From Auanema rhodensis (Eukaryota; Animalia; Nematoda), in assembly GCA_964057225.1 (NCBI GenBank), contig OZ059898.1, forward strand, positions 1,240,001 to 1,304,000: 64,000 nucleotides of DNA. The letters run 5' to 3'. The notes under the pieces were generated by a model. It did no database searches. It was given only the letters and a program-made list of their open reading frames with translations, and was not told the origin of the DNA. A program made the translations under genes and the position numbers. This document shows positions 10,531 to 25,400 of this stretch, in pieces (the stretch's first letter is position 1; every line of letters begins with the position of its first letter).

Positions 10531-13500
10531 AAACTGATATAAGTTCACACTTATATCCTCGATTTTCACCCTGAAGAATTAATTTTTTCGTTGAATAACA
10601 TTGTCCATCGTCTTTGCCTTGAAAAAAGGAATCTAAAAACATCTACTTTTTGCTAAATTATTTTGAAATTTTTCGAAAAAATTTTTGTCAAAATGTTTTT
10701 GGAAGCAATGTTGAGTGTACATGGAAACTCAACATACACTAATGCATCATTTTTCAAACGATCATAACTAATTTTTGTATTAAGCGTTTCTCAATGTAGT
10801 ATAGTGCATTCGATGCGGATTTTTAAGCTGCGTCGTTCTGTGTTATCAGATTTGCGCTAGCTTAAAAATGCACCGAGATATCAACTGATATAAGTTCACA
10901 CTTATATCCTCGATTTTCACCCTGAAGAATTAATTTTTTCGTTGAATAACATTGTCCATCGTCTTTGCCTTGAAGAAAGGAATCTAAACAATTCTACTTT
11001 TTGCTAAATTATTTTGAAATTTTTCGAAAAAATTTTTGTCAAAATGTTTTTGGAAGCAATGTTGAGTGTACATGGAAACTCAACATACACTAATGCATCA
11101 TTTTTCAAACGATCATAACTAATTTTTGTATTAAGCGTTTCTCAATGTAGTATAGTGCATTCGATGCGGATTTTTAAGCTGCGTCGATCTGTGTTATCAG
11201 ATTTGCGCTAGCTTAAAAATGCACCGAGATATAAACTGATATAAGTTCACACTTATATCCTCGATTTTCACCCTGAAGAATTAATTTTTTCGTTGAATAA
11301 CATTGTCCATCGTCTTTGCCTTGAAAAAAGGAATCTAAAAACATCTACTTTTTGCTAAATTATTCTGAAATTTTTCGAAAAAATTTTTGTCAAAATGTTT
11401 TTGGAAGCAATGTTGAGTGTACATGGAAACTCAACATACACTAATGCATCATTTTTCAAACGATCATAACTAATTTTTGTATTAAGCGTTTCTCAATGTG
11501 ATATAGTGCATTCGATGCGGATTTTTAAGCTGCGTCGATCTGTGTTATCAGATTTGCGCTAGCTTAAAAATGCACCGAGATATAAACTGATATAAGTTCA
11601 CACTTATATCCTCGATTTTCACCCTGAAGAATTAATTTTTTTGTTGAATAACATTGTCCATCGTCTTTGCCTTGAAAAAAGGAATCTAAAAACATCTACT
11701 TTTTGCTAAATTATTTTGAAATTTTTCGAAAACATTTTTGTCAAAATGTTTTTGGAAGCAATGTTGAGTGTACATGGAAACTCAACATACACTAATGCAT
11801 CATTTTTCAAACGATCATAACTAATTTTTGTATTAAGCGTTTCTCAATGTAGTATAGTGCATTCGATGCGGATTTTTAAGCTGCGTCGATCTGTGTTATC
11901 AGATTTGCGCTAGCTTAAAAATGCACCGAGATATAAACTGATATAAGTTCACACTTATATCCTCGATTTTCACCCTGAAGAATTAATTTTTTCGTTGAAT
12001 AACATTGTCCATCGTCTTTGCCTTGAAAGAAGGAATCCAAAAACATCTACTTTTTGCTAAATTATTTTGAAATTTTTCGAAAAAATTTTTGTCAAAATGT
12101 TTTTGGAAGCAATGTTGAGTGTACATGGAAACTCAACATACACTAATGCATCATTTTTCAAACGATCATAACTAATTTTTGTATTAAGCGTTTCTCAATG
12201 TGATATAGTGCATTCGATGCGGATTTTTAAGCTGCGTCGATCTGTGTTATCAGATTTGCGCTAGCTTAAAAATGCACCGAGATATAAACTGATATAAGTT
12301 CACACTTATATCCTCGATTTTCACCCTGAAGAATTAATTTTTTCGTTGAATAACATTGTCCATCGTCTCTGCCTTGAAAAAAGGAATCTAAAAACATCTA
12401 CTTTTTGCTAAATTATTTTGAAATTTTTCGAAAAAATTTTTGTCAAAATGTTTTTGGAAGCAATGTTGAGTGTACATGGAAACTCAACATACACTAATGC
12501 ATCATTTTTCAAACGATCATAACTAATTTTTGTATTAAACGTTTTTCAATGTAGTATAGTGCATTCGATGCGGATTTTTAAGCTGCGTCGATCTGTGTTA
12601 TCAGATTTGCGCTAGCTTAAAAATGCACCGAGATATAAACTGATATAAGTTCACACTTATATCCTCGATTTTCACCCTGAAGAATTAATTTTTTCGTTGA
12701 ATAACATTGTCCATCGTCTTTGCCTTGAAAAAAGGAATCTAAAAACATCTACTTTTTGCTAAATTATTTTGAAATTTTTCGAAAAAATTTTTGTCAAAAT
12801 GTTTTTGGAAGCAATGTTGAGTGTACATGGAAACTCAACATACACTAATGCATCATTTTTCAAACGATCATAACTAATTTTTGTATTAAGCGTTTCTCAA
12901 TGTAGTATAGTGCATTCGATGCGGATTTTTAAGCTGCGTCGATCTGTGTTATCAGATTTGCGCTAGCTTAAAAATGCACCGAGATATAAACTGATATAAG
13001 TTCACACTTATATCCTCGATTTTCACCCTGAAGAATTAATTTTTTCGTTGAATAACATTGTCCATCGTCTTTGCCTTGAAAAAAGGAATCTAAAAACATC
13101 TACTTTTTGCTAAATTATTTTGAAATTTTTCGAAAAAATTTTTGTCAAAATGTTTTTGGAAGCAATGTTGAGTGTACATGGAAACTCAACATACACTAAT
13201 GCATCATTTTTCAAACGATCATAACTAATTTTTGTATTAAGCGTTTCTCAATGTGATATAGTGCATTCGATGCGGATTTTTAAGCTGCGTCGATCTGTGT
13301 TATCAGATTTGCGCTAGCTTAAAAATGCACCGAGATATAAACTGATATAAGTTCACACTTATATCCTCGATTTTCACCCTGAAGAATTAATTTTTTCGTT
13401 GAATAACATTGTCCATCGTCTTTGCCTTGAAAAAAGGAATCTAAAAACATCTACTTTTTGCTAAATTATTTTGAAATTTTTCGAAAAAATTTTTGTCAAA

Positions 13501-16500
13501 ATGTTTTTGGAAGCAATGTTGAGTGTACATGGAAACTCAACATACACTAATGCATCATTTTTCAAACGATCATAACTAATTTTTGTATTAAGCGTTTCTC
13601 AATGTGATATAGTGCATTCGATGCGGATTTTTAAGCTGCGTCGATCTGTGTTATCAGATTTGCGCTAGCTTAAAAATGCACCGAGATATAAACTGATATA
13701 AGTTCACACTTATATCCTCGATTTTCACCCTGAAGAATTAATTTTTTCGTTGAATAACATTGTCCATCGTCTTTGCCTTGAAAGAAGGAATCTAAAAACA
13801 TCTACTTTTTGCTAAATTATTTTGAAATTTTTCGAAAAAATTTTTGTCAAAATGTTTTTGGAAGCAATGTTGAGTGTACATGGAAACTCAACATACACTA
13901 ATGCATCATTTTTCAAACGATCATAACTAATTTTTGTATTAAGCGTTTCTCAATGTGATATAGTGCATTCGATGCGGATTTTTAAGCTGCGTCGATCTGT
14001 GTTATCAGATTTGCGCTAGCTTAAAAATGCACCGAGATATAAACTGATATAAGTTCACACTTATATCCTCGATTTTCACCCTGAAGAATTAATTTTTTCG
14101 TTGAATAACATTGTCCATCGTCTCTGCCTTGAAAAAAGGAATCTAAAAACATCTACTTTTTGCTAAATTATTTTGAAATTTTTCGAAAAAATTTTTGTCA
14201 AAATGTTTTTGGAAGCAATGTTGAGTGTACATGGAAACTCAACATACACTAATGCATCATTTTTCAAACGATCATAACTAATTTTTGTATTAAACGTTTT
14301 TCAATGTAGTATAGTGCATTCGATGCGGATTTTTAAGCTGCGTCGATCTGTGTTATCAGATTTGCGCTAGCTTAAAAATGCACCGAGATATAAACTGATA
14401 TAAGTTCACACTTATATCCTCGATTTTCACCCTGAAGAATTAATTTTTTCGTTGAATAACATTGTCCATCGTCTTTGCCTTGAAAAAAGGAATCTAAAAA
14501 CATCTACTTTTTGCTAAATTATTTTGAAATTTTTCGAAAAAATTTTTGTCAAAATGTTTTTGGAAGCAATGTTGAGTGTACATGGAAACTCAACATACAC
14601 TAATGCATCATTTTTCAAACGATCATAACTAATTTTTGTATTAAGCGTTTCTCAATGTAGTATAGTGCATTCGATGCGGATTTTTAAGCTGCGTCGATCT
14701 GTGTTATCAGATTTGCGCTAGCTTGAAAATGCACCGAGATATAAACTGATATAAGTTCACACTTATATTCTCGATTTTCACCCTGAAGAATTAATTTTTT
14801 CGTTGAATAACATTGTCCATCGTCTTTGCCTTGAAAAAAGGAATCTAAAAACATCTACTTTTTGCTAAATTATTTTGAAATTTTTCGAAAAAATTTTTGT
14901 CAAAATGTTTTTGGAAGCAATGTTGAGTGTACATGGAAACTCAACATACACTAATGCATCATTTTTCAAACGATCATAACTAATTTTTGTATTAAGCGTT
15001 TCTCAATGTGGTATAGTGCATTCGATGCGGATTTTTAAGCTGCGTCGATCTGTGTTATCAGATTTGCGCTAGCTTAAAAATGCACCGAGATATAAACTGA
15101 TATAAGTTCACACTTATATCCTCGATTTTCACCCTGAAGAATTAATTTTTTCGTTGAATAACATTGTCCATCGTCTTTGCCTTGAAAAAAGGAATCTAAA
15201 AACATCTACTTTTTGCTAAATTATCTTGAAATTTTTCGAAAAAATTTTTGTCAAAATGTTTTTGGAAGCAATGTTGAGTGTACATGGAAACTCAACATAC
15301 ACTAATGCATCATTTTTCAAACGATCATAACTAATTTTTGTATTAAGCGTTTCTCAATGTGGTATAGTGCATTCGATGCGGATTTTTAAGCTGCGTCGAT
15401 CTGTGTTATCAGATTTGCGCTAGCTTAAAAATGCACCGAGATATAAACTGATATAAGTTCACACTTATATTCTCGATTTTCACCCTGAAGAATTAATTTT
15501 TTCGTTGAATAACATTGTCCATCGTCTTTGCCTTGAGAAAAGGAATCTAAAAACATCTACTTTTTGCTAAATTATTTTGAAATTTTTCGAAAAAATTTTT
15601 GTCAAAATGTTTTTGGAAGCAATGTTGAGTGTACATGGAAACTCAACATACACTAATGCATCATTTTTCAAACGATCATAACTAATTTTTGTATTAAGCG
15701 TTTCTCAATGTGGTATAGTGCATTCGATGCGGATTTTTAAGCTGCGTCGATCTGTGTTATCAGATTTGCGCTAGCTTAAAAATGCACCGAGATATAAACT
15801 GATATAAGTTCACACTTATATTCTCGATTTTCACCCTGAAGAATTAATTTTTTCGTTGAATAACATTGTCCATCGTCTTTGCCTTGAGAAAAGGAATCTA
15901 AAAACATCTACTTTTTGCTAAATTATTTTGAAATTTTTCGAAAACATTTTTGTCAAAATGTTTTTGGAAGCAATGTTGAGTGTACATGGAAACTCAACAT
16001 ACACTAATGCATCATTTTTCAAACGATCATAACTAATTTTTGTATTAAGCGTTTCTCAATGTGGTATAGTGCATTCGATGCGGATTTTTAAGCTGCGTCG
16101 ATCTGTGTTATCAGATTTGCGCTAGCTTAAAAATGCACCGAGATATAAACTGATATAAGTTCACACTTATATCCTCGATTTTCACCCTGAAGAATTAATT
16201 TTTTCGTTGAATAACATTGTCCATCGTCTTTGCCTTGAAAAAAGGAATCTAAAAACATCTACTTTTTGCTAAATTATTTTGAAATTTTTCGAAAAAATTT
16301 TTGTCAAAATGTTTTTGGAAGCAATGTTGAGTGTACATGGAAACTCAACATACACTATTGCATCATTTTTCAAACGATCATAACTAATTTTTGTATTAAG
16401 CGTTTCTCAATGTGGTATAGTGCATTCGATGCGGATTTTTAAGCTGCGTCGATCTGTGTTATCAGATTTGCGCTAGCTTAAAAATGCACCGAGATATAAA

Positions 16501-17901
16501 CTGATATAAGTTCACACTTATATCCTCGATTTTCACCCTGAAGAATTAATTTTTTCGTTGAATAACATTGTCCATCGTCTTTGCCTTGAAAAAAGGAATC
16601 TAAAAACATCTACTTTTTGCTAAATTATTTTGAAATTTTTCGAAAAAATTTTTGTCAAAATGTTTTTGGAAGCAATGTTGAGTGTACATGGAAACTCAAC
16701 ATACACTAATGCATCATTTTTCAAACGATCATAACTAATTTTTGTATTAAGCGTTTCTCAATGTAGTATAGTGCATTCGATGCGGATTTTTAAGCTGCGT
16801 CGATATGTGTTATCAGATTTGCGCTAGCTTAAAAATGCACCGAGATATCAACTGATATAAGTTCACACTTATATCCTCGATTTTCACCCTGAAGAATTAA
16901 TTTTTTCGTTGAATAACATTGTCCATCGTCTTTGCCTTGAAAAAAGGAATCTAAAAACATCTACTTTTTGCTAAATTATTTTGAAATTTTTCGAAAAAAT
17001 TTTTGTCAAAATGTTTTTGGAAGCAATGTTGAGTGTACATGGAAACTCAACATACACTAATGCATCATTTTTCAAACGATCATAACTAATTTTTGTATTA
17101 AGCGTTTCTCAATGTGGTATAGTGCATTCGATGCGGATTTTTAAGCTGCGTCGATCTGTGTTATCAGATTTGCGCTAGCTTAAAAATGCACCGAGATATA
17201 AACTGATATAAGTTCACACTTATATCCTCGATTTTCACCCTGAAGAATTAATTTTTTCGTTGAATAACATTGTCCATCGTCTTTGCCTTGAAAAAAGGAA
17301 TCTAAAAACATCTACTTTTTGCTAAATTATTTTGAAATTTTTCGAAAAAATTTTTGTCAAAATGTTTTTGGAAGCAATGTTGAGTGTACATGGTAACTCA
17401 ACATACACTAATGCATCATTTTTCAAACGATCATAACTAATTTTTGTATTAAGCGTTTCTCAATGTAGTATAGTGCATTCGATGCGGATTTTTAAGCTGC
17501 GTCGATCTGTGTTATCAGATTTGCGCTAGCTTAAAAATGCACCGAGATATAAACTGATATAAGTTCACACTTATATTCTCGATTTTCACCCTGAAGAATT
17601 AATTTTTTCGTTGAATAACATTGTCCATCGTCTTTGCCTTGAAAAAAGGAATCTAAAAACATCTACTTTTTGCTAAATTATTTTGAAATTTTTCGAAAAA
17701 ATTTTTGTCAAAATGTTTTTGGAAGCAATGTTGAGTGTACATGGAAACTCAACATACACTAATGCATCATTTTTCAAACGATCATAACTAATTTTTGTAT
17801 TAAGCGTTTCTCAATGTGGTATAGTGCATTCGATGCGGATTTTTAAGCTGCGTCGATCTGTGTTATCAGATTTGCGCTAGCTTAAAAATGCACCGAGATA
17901 T
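10531..17901. repeat. 21-monomer block (U31-U51), copy A of a higher-order duplication
   Basis: Same ordered series of diagnostic variants as 21061-28431 at an offset of 10530 bp (30 monomers). Examples: GCTTGAAAAT at 14721 and 25251, CACTATTG in U47 and U77, GGTAACTC in U50 and U80. Confidence 0.9.
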
Positions 17902-18252
17902 AAACTGATATAAGTTCACACTTATATCCTCGATTTTCACCCTGAAGAATTAATTTTTTCGTTGAATAACATTGTCCATCGTCTTTGCCTTGAAAAAAGG
18001 AATCTAAAAACATCTACTTTTTGCTAAATTATTTTGAAATTTTTCGAAAAAATTTTTGTCAAAATGTTTTTGGAAGCAATGTTGAGTGTACATGGAAACT
18101 CAACATACACTAATGCATCATTTTTCAAACGATCATAACTAATTTTTGTATTAAGCGTTTCTCAATGTGATATAGTGCATTCGATGCGGATTTTTAAGCT
18201 GCGTCGATCTGTGTTATCAGATTTGCGCTAGCTTAAAAATGCACCGAGATAT

Positions 18253-21200
18253 AAACTGATATAAGTTCACACTTATATCCTCGATTTTCACCCTGAAGAA
18301 TTAATTTTTTCGTTGAATAACATTGTCCATCGTCTTTGCCTTGAAAGAAGGAATCTAAAAACATCTACTTTTTGCTAAATTATTTTGAAATTTTTCGAAA
18401 AAATTTTTGTCAAAATGTTTTTGGAAGCAATGTTGAGTGTACATGGAAACTCAACATACACTAATGCATCATTTTTCAAACGATCATAACTAATTTTTGT
18501 ATTAAGCGTTTCTCAATGTAGTATAGTGCATTCGATGCGGATTTTTAAGCTGCGTCGATCTGTGTTATCAGATTTGCGCTAGCTTAAAAATGCACCGAGA
18601 TATAAACTGATATAAGTTCACACTTATATCCTCGATTTTCACCCTGAAGAATTAATTTTTTCGTTGAATAACATTGTCCATCGTCTTTGCCTTGAAAAAA
18701 GGAATCTAAAAACATCTACTTTTTGCTAAATTATTTTGAAATTTTTCGAAAAAATTTTTGTCAAAATGTTTTTGGAAGCAATGTTGAGTGTACATGGAAA
18801 CTCAACATACACTAATGCATCATTTTTCAAACGATCATAACTAATTTTTGTATTAAGCGTTTCTCAATGTAGTATAGTGCATTCGATGCGGATTTTTAAG
18901 CTGCGTCGTTCTGTGTTATCAGATTTGCGCTAGCTTAAAAATGCACCGAGATATCAACTGATATAAGTTCACACTTATATCCTCGATTTTCACCCTGAAG
19001 AATTAATTTTTTCGTTGAATAACATTGTCCATCGTCTTTGCCTTGAAGAAAGGAATCTAAACAATTCTACTTTTTGCTAAATTATTTTGAAATTTTTCGA
19101 AAAAATTTTTGTCAAAATGTTTTTGGAAGCAATGTTGAGTGTACATGGAAACTCAACATACACTAATGCATCATTTTTCAAACGATCATAACTAAATTTT
19201 GTATTAAGCGTTTCTCAATGTAGTATAGTGCATTCGATGCGGATTTTTAAGCTGCGTCGATCTGTGTTATCAGATTTGCGCTAGCTTAAAAATGCACCGA
19301 GATATAAACTGATATAAGTTCACACTTATATCCTCGATTTTCACCCTGAAGAATTAATTTTTTCGTTGAATAACATTGTCCATCGTCTTTGCCTTGAAAA
19401 AAGGAATCTAAAAACATCTACTTTTTGCTAAATTATTCTGAAATTTTTCGAAAAAATTTTTGTCAAAATGTTTTTGGAAGCAATGTTGAGTGTACATGGA
19501 AACTCAACATACACTAATGCATCATTTTTCAAACGATCATAACTAATTTTTGTATTAAGCGTTTCTCAATGTGATATAGTGCATTCGATGCGGATTTTTA
19601 AGCTGCGTCGATCTGTGTTATCAGATTTGCGCTAGCTTAAAAATGCACCGAGATATAAACTGATATAAGTTCACACTTATATCCTCGATTTTCACCCTGA
19701 AGAATTAATTTTTTCGTTGAATAACATTGTCCATCGTCTTTGCCTTGAAAAAAGGAATCTAAAAACATCTACTTTTTGCTAAATTATTTTGAAATTTTTC
19801 GAAAACATTTTTGTCAAAATGTTTTTGGAAGCAATGTTGAGTGTACATGGAAACTCAACATACACTAATGCATCATTTTTCAAACGATCATAACTAATTT
19901 TTGTATTAAGCGTTTCTCAATGTAGTATAGTGCATTCGATGCGGATTTTTAAGCTGCGTCGATCTGTGTTATCAGATTTGCGCTAGCTTAAAAATGCACC
20001 GAGATATAAACTGATATAAGTTCACACTTATATCCTCGATTTTCACCCTGAAGAATTAATTTTTTCGTTGAATAACATTGTCCATCGTCTTTGCCTTGAA
20101 AAAAGGAATCTAAAAACATCTACTTTTTGCTAAATTATTTTGAAATTTTTCGAAAAAATTTTTGTCAAAATGTTTTTGGAAGCAATGTTGAGTGTACATG
20201 GAAACTCAACATACACTAATGCATCATTTTTCAAACGATCATAACTAATTTTTGTATTAAGCGTTTCTCAATGTGGTATAGTGCATTCGATGCGGATTTT
20301 TAAGCTGCGTCGATCTGTGTTATCAGATTTGCGCTAGCTTAAAAATGCACCGAGATATAAACTGATATAAGTTCACACTTATATCCTCGATTTTCACCCT
20401 GAAGAATTAATTTTTTCGTTGAATAACATTGTCCATCGTCTTTGCCTTGAAAAAAGGAATCTAAAAACATCTACTTTTTGCTAAATTATTTTGAAATTTT
20501 TCGAAAAAATTTTTGTCAAAATGTTTTTGGAAGCAATGTTGAGTGTACATGGAAACTCAACATACACTAATGCATCATTTTTCAAACGATCATAACTAAA
20601 TTTTGTATTAAGCGTTTCTCAATGTGATATAGTGCATTCGATGCGGATTTTTAAGCTGCGTCGATCTGTGTTATCAGATTTGCGCTAGCTTAAAAATGCA
20701 CCGAGATATAAACTGATATAAGTTCACACTTATATCCTCGATTTTCACCCTGAAGAATTAATTTTTTCGTTGAATAACATTGTCCATCGTCTTTGCCTTG
20801 AAAGAAGGAATCTAAAAACATCTACTTTTTGCTAAATTATTTTGAAATTTTTCGAAAAAATTTTTGTCAAAATGTTTTTGGAAGCAATGTTGAGTGTACA
20901 TGGAAACTCAACATACACTAATGCATCATTTTTCAAACGATCATAACTAATTTTTGTATTAAGCGTTTCTCAATGTAGTATAGTGCATTCGATGCGGATT
21001 TTTAAGCTGCGTCGATCTGTGTTATCAGATTTGCGCTAGCTTAAAAATGCACCGAGATATAAACTGATATAAGTTCACACTTATATCCTCGATTTTCACC
21101 CTGAAGAATTAATTTTTTCGTTGAATAACATTGTCCATCGTCTTTGCCTTGAAAAAAGGAATCTAAAAACATCTACTTTTTGCTAAATTATTTTGAAATT

Positions 21201-22464
21201 TTTCGAAAAAATTTTTGTCAAAATGTTTTTGGAAGCAATGTTGAGTGTACATGGAAACTCAACATACACTAATGCATCATTTTTCAAACGATCATAACTA
21301 ATTTTTGTATTAAGCGTTTCTCAATGTAGTATAGTGCATTCGATGCGGATTTTTAAGCTGCGTCGTTCTGTGTTATCAGATTTGCGCTAGCTTAAAAATG
21401 CACCGAGATATCAACTGATATAAGTTCACACTTATATCCTCGATTTTCACCCTGAAGAATTAATTTTTTCGTTGAATAACATTGTCCATCGTCTTTGCCT
21501 TGAAGAAAGGAATCTAAACAATTCTACTTTTTGCTAAATTATTTTGAAATTTTTCGAAAAAATTTTTGTCAAAATGTTTTTGGAAGCAATGTTGAGTGTA
21601 CATGGAAACTCAACATACACTAATGCATCATTTTTCAAACGATCATAACTAAATTTTGTATTAAGCGTTTCTCAATGTAGTATAGTGCATTCGATGCGGA
21701 TTTTTAAGCTGCGTCGATCTGTGTTATCAGATTTGCGCTAGCTTAAAAATGCACCGAGATATAAACTGATATAAGTTCACACTTATATCCTCGATTTTCA
21801 CCCTGAAGAATTAATTTTTTCGTTGAATAACATTGTCCATCGTCTTTGCCTTGAAAAAAGGAATCTAAAAACATCTACTTTTTGCTAAATTATTCTGAAA
21901 TTTTTCGAAAAAATTTTTGTCAAAATGTTTTTGGAAGCAATGTTGAGTGTACATGGAAACTCAACATACACTAATGCATCATTTTTCAAACGATCATAAC
22001 TAATTTTTGTATTAAGCGTTTCTCAATGTGATATAGTGCATTCGATGCGGATTTTTAAGCTGCGTCGATCTGTGTTATCAGATTTGCGCTAGCTTAAAAA
22101 TGCACCGAGATATAAACTGATATAAGTTCACACTTATATCCTCGATTTTCACCCTGAAGAATTAATTTTTTCGTTGAATAACATTGTCCATCGTCTTTGC
22201 CTTGAAAAAAGGAATCTAAAAACATCTACTTTTTGCTAAATTATTTTGAAATTTTTCGAAAACATTTTTGTCAAAATGTTTTTGGAAGCAATGTTGAGTG
22301 TACATGGAAACTCAACATACACTAATGCATCATTTTTCAAACGATCATAACTAATTTTTGTATTAAGCGTTTCTCAATGTAGTATAGTGCATTCGATGCG
22401 GATTTTTAAGCTGCGTCGATCTGTGTTATCAGATTTGCGCTAGCTTAAAAATGCACCGAGATAT
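18253..22464. repeat. 5-monomer block duplicated at a 7-monomer offset (U53-U57 = U60-U64)
   Basis: The series A95G / A306T / A1C+A94G+AAACAATTC+T242A / TTATTCTGAA / GAAAACATTT occurs at 18253-20007 and again at 20710-22464 (offset 2457 bp). Confidence 0.85.
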
Positions 22465-25400
22465 AAACTGATATAAGTTCACACTTATATCCTCGATTTT
22501 CACCCTGAAGAATTAATTTTTTCGTTGAATAACATTGTCCATCGTCTTTGCCTTGAAAGAAGGAATCTAAAAACATCTACTTTTTGCTAAATTATTTTGA
22601 AATTTTTCGAAAAAATTTTTGTCAAAATGTTTTTGGAAGCAATGTTGAGTGTACATGGAAACTCAACATACACTAATGCATCATTTTTCAAACGATCATA
22701 ACTAATTTTTGTATTAAGCGTTTCTCAATGTGATATAGTGCATTCGATGCGGATTTTTAAGCTGCGTCGATCTGTGTTATCAGATTTGCGCTAGCTTAAA
22801 AATGCACCGAGATATAAACTGATATAAGTTCACACTTATATCCTCGATTTTCACCCTGAAGAATTAATTTTTTCGTTGAATAACATTGTCCATCGTCTCT
22901 GCCTTGAAAAAAGGAATCTAAAAACATCTACTTTTTGCTAAATTATTTTGAAATTTTTCGAAAAAATTTTTGTCAAAATGTTTTTGGAAGCAATGTTGAG
23001 TGTACATGGAAACTCAACATACACTAATGCATCATTTTTCAAACGATCATAACTAATTTTTGTATTAAACGTTTTTCAATGTAGTATAGTGCATTCGATG
23101 CGGATTTTTAAGCTGCGTCGATCTGTGTTATCAGATTTGCGCTAGCTTAAAAATGCACCGAGATATAAACTGATATAAGTTCACACTTATATCCTCGATT
23201 TTCACCCTGAAGAATTAATTTTTTCGTTGAATAACATTGTCCATCGTCTTTGCCTTGAAAAAAGGAATCTAAAAACATCTACTTTTTGCTAAATTATTTT
23301 GAAATTTTTCGAAAAAATTTTTGTCAAAATGTTTTTGGAAGCAATGTTGAGTGTACATGGAAACTCAACATACACTAATGCATCATTTTTCAAACGATCA
23401 TAACTAATTTTTGTATTAAGCGTTTCTCAATGTAGTATAGTGCATTCGATGCGGATTTTTAAGCTGCGTCGATCTGTGTTATCAGATTTGCGCTAGCTTA
23501 AAAATGCACCGAGATATAAACTGATATAAGTTCACACTTATATCCTCGATTTTCACCCTGAAGAATTAATTTTTTCGTTGAATAACATTGTCCATCGTCT
23601 TTGCCTTGAAAAAAGGAATCTAAAAACATCTACTTTTTGCTAAATTATTTTGAAATTTTTCGAAAAAATTTTTGTCAAAATGTTTTTGGAAGCAATGTTG
23701 AGTGTACATGGAAACTCAACATACACTAATGCATCATTTTTCAAACGATCATAACTAATTTTTGTATTAAGCGTTTCTCAATGTGATATAGTGCATTCGA
23801 TGCGGATTTTTAAGCTGCGTCGATCTGTGTTATCAGATTTGCGCTAGCTTAAAAATGCACCGAGATATAAACTGATATAAGTTCACACTTATATCCTCGA
23901 TTTTCACCCTGAAGAATTAATTTTTTCGTTGAATAACATTGTCCATCGTCTTTGCCTTGAAAAAAGGAATCTAAAAACATCTACTTTTTGCTAAATTATT
24001 TTGAAATTTTTCGAAAAAATTTTTGTCAAAATGTTTTTGGAAGCAATGTTGAGTGTACATGGAAACTCAACATACACTAATGCATCATTTTTCAAACGAT
24101 CATAACTAATTTTTGTATTAAGCGTTTCTCAATGTGATATAGTGCATTCGATGCGGATTTTTAAGCTGCGTCGATCTGTGTTATCAGATTTGCGCTAGCT
24201 TAAAAATGCACCGAGATATAAACTGATATAAGTTCACACTTATATCCTCGATTTTCACCCTGAAGAATTAATTTTTTCGTTGAATAACATTGTCCATCGT
24301 CTTTGCCTTGAAAGAAGGAATCTAAAAACATCTACTTTTTGCTAAATTATTTTGAAATTTTTCGAAAAAATTTTTGTCAAAATGTTTTTGGAAGCAATGT
24401 TGAGTGTACATGGAAACTCAACATACACTAATGCATCATTTTTCAAACGATCATAACTAATTTTTGTATTAAGCGTTTCTCAATGTGATATAGTGCATTC
24501 GATGCGGATTTTTAAGCTGCGTCGATCTGTGTTATCAGATTTGCGCTAGCTTAAAAATGCACCGAGATATAAACTGATATAAGTTCACACTTATATCCTC
24601 GATTTTCACCCTGAAGAATTAATTTTTTCGTTGAATAACATTGTCCATCGTCTCTGCCTTGAAAAAAGGAATCTAAAAACATCTACTTTTTGCTAAATTA
24701 TTTTGAAATTTTTCGAAAAAATTTTTGTCAAAATGTTTTTGGAAGCAATGTTGAGTGTACATGGAAACTCAACATACACTAATGCATCATTTTTCAAACG
24801 ATCATAACTAATTTTTGTATTAAACGTTTTTCAATGTAGTATAGTGCATTCGATGCGGATTTTTAAGCTGCGTCGATCTGTGTTATCAGATTTGCGCTAG
24901 CTTAAAAATGCACCGAGATATAAACTGATATAAGTTCACACTTATATCCTCGATTTTCACCCTGAAGAATTAATTTTTTCGTTGAATAACATTGTCCATC
25001 GTCTTTGCCTTGAAAAAAGGAATCTAAAAACATCTACTTTTTGCTAAATTATTTTGAAATTTTTCGAAAAAATTTTTGTCAAAATGTTTTTGGAAGCAAT
25101 GTTGAGTGTACATGGAAACTCAACATACACTAATGCATCATTTTTCAAACGATCATAACTAATTTTTGTATTAAGCGTTTCTCAATGTAGTATAGTGCAT
25201 TCGATGCGGATTTTTAAGCTGCGTCGATCTGTGTTATCAGATTTGCGCTAGCTTGAAAATGCACCGAGATATAAACTGATATAAGTTCACACTTATATTC
25301 TCGATTTTCACCCTGAAGAATTAATTTTTTCGTTGAATAACATTGTCCATCGTCTTTGCCTTGAAAAAAGGAATCTAAAAACATCTACTTTTTGCTAAAT

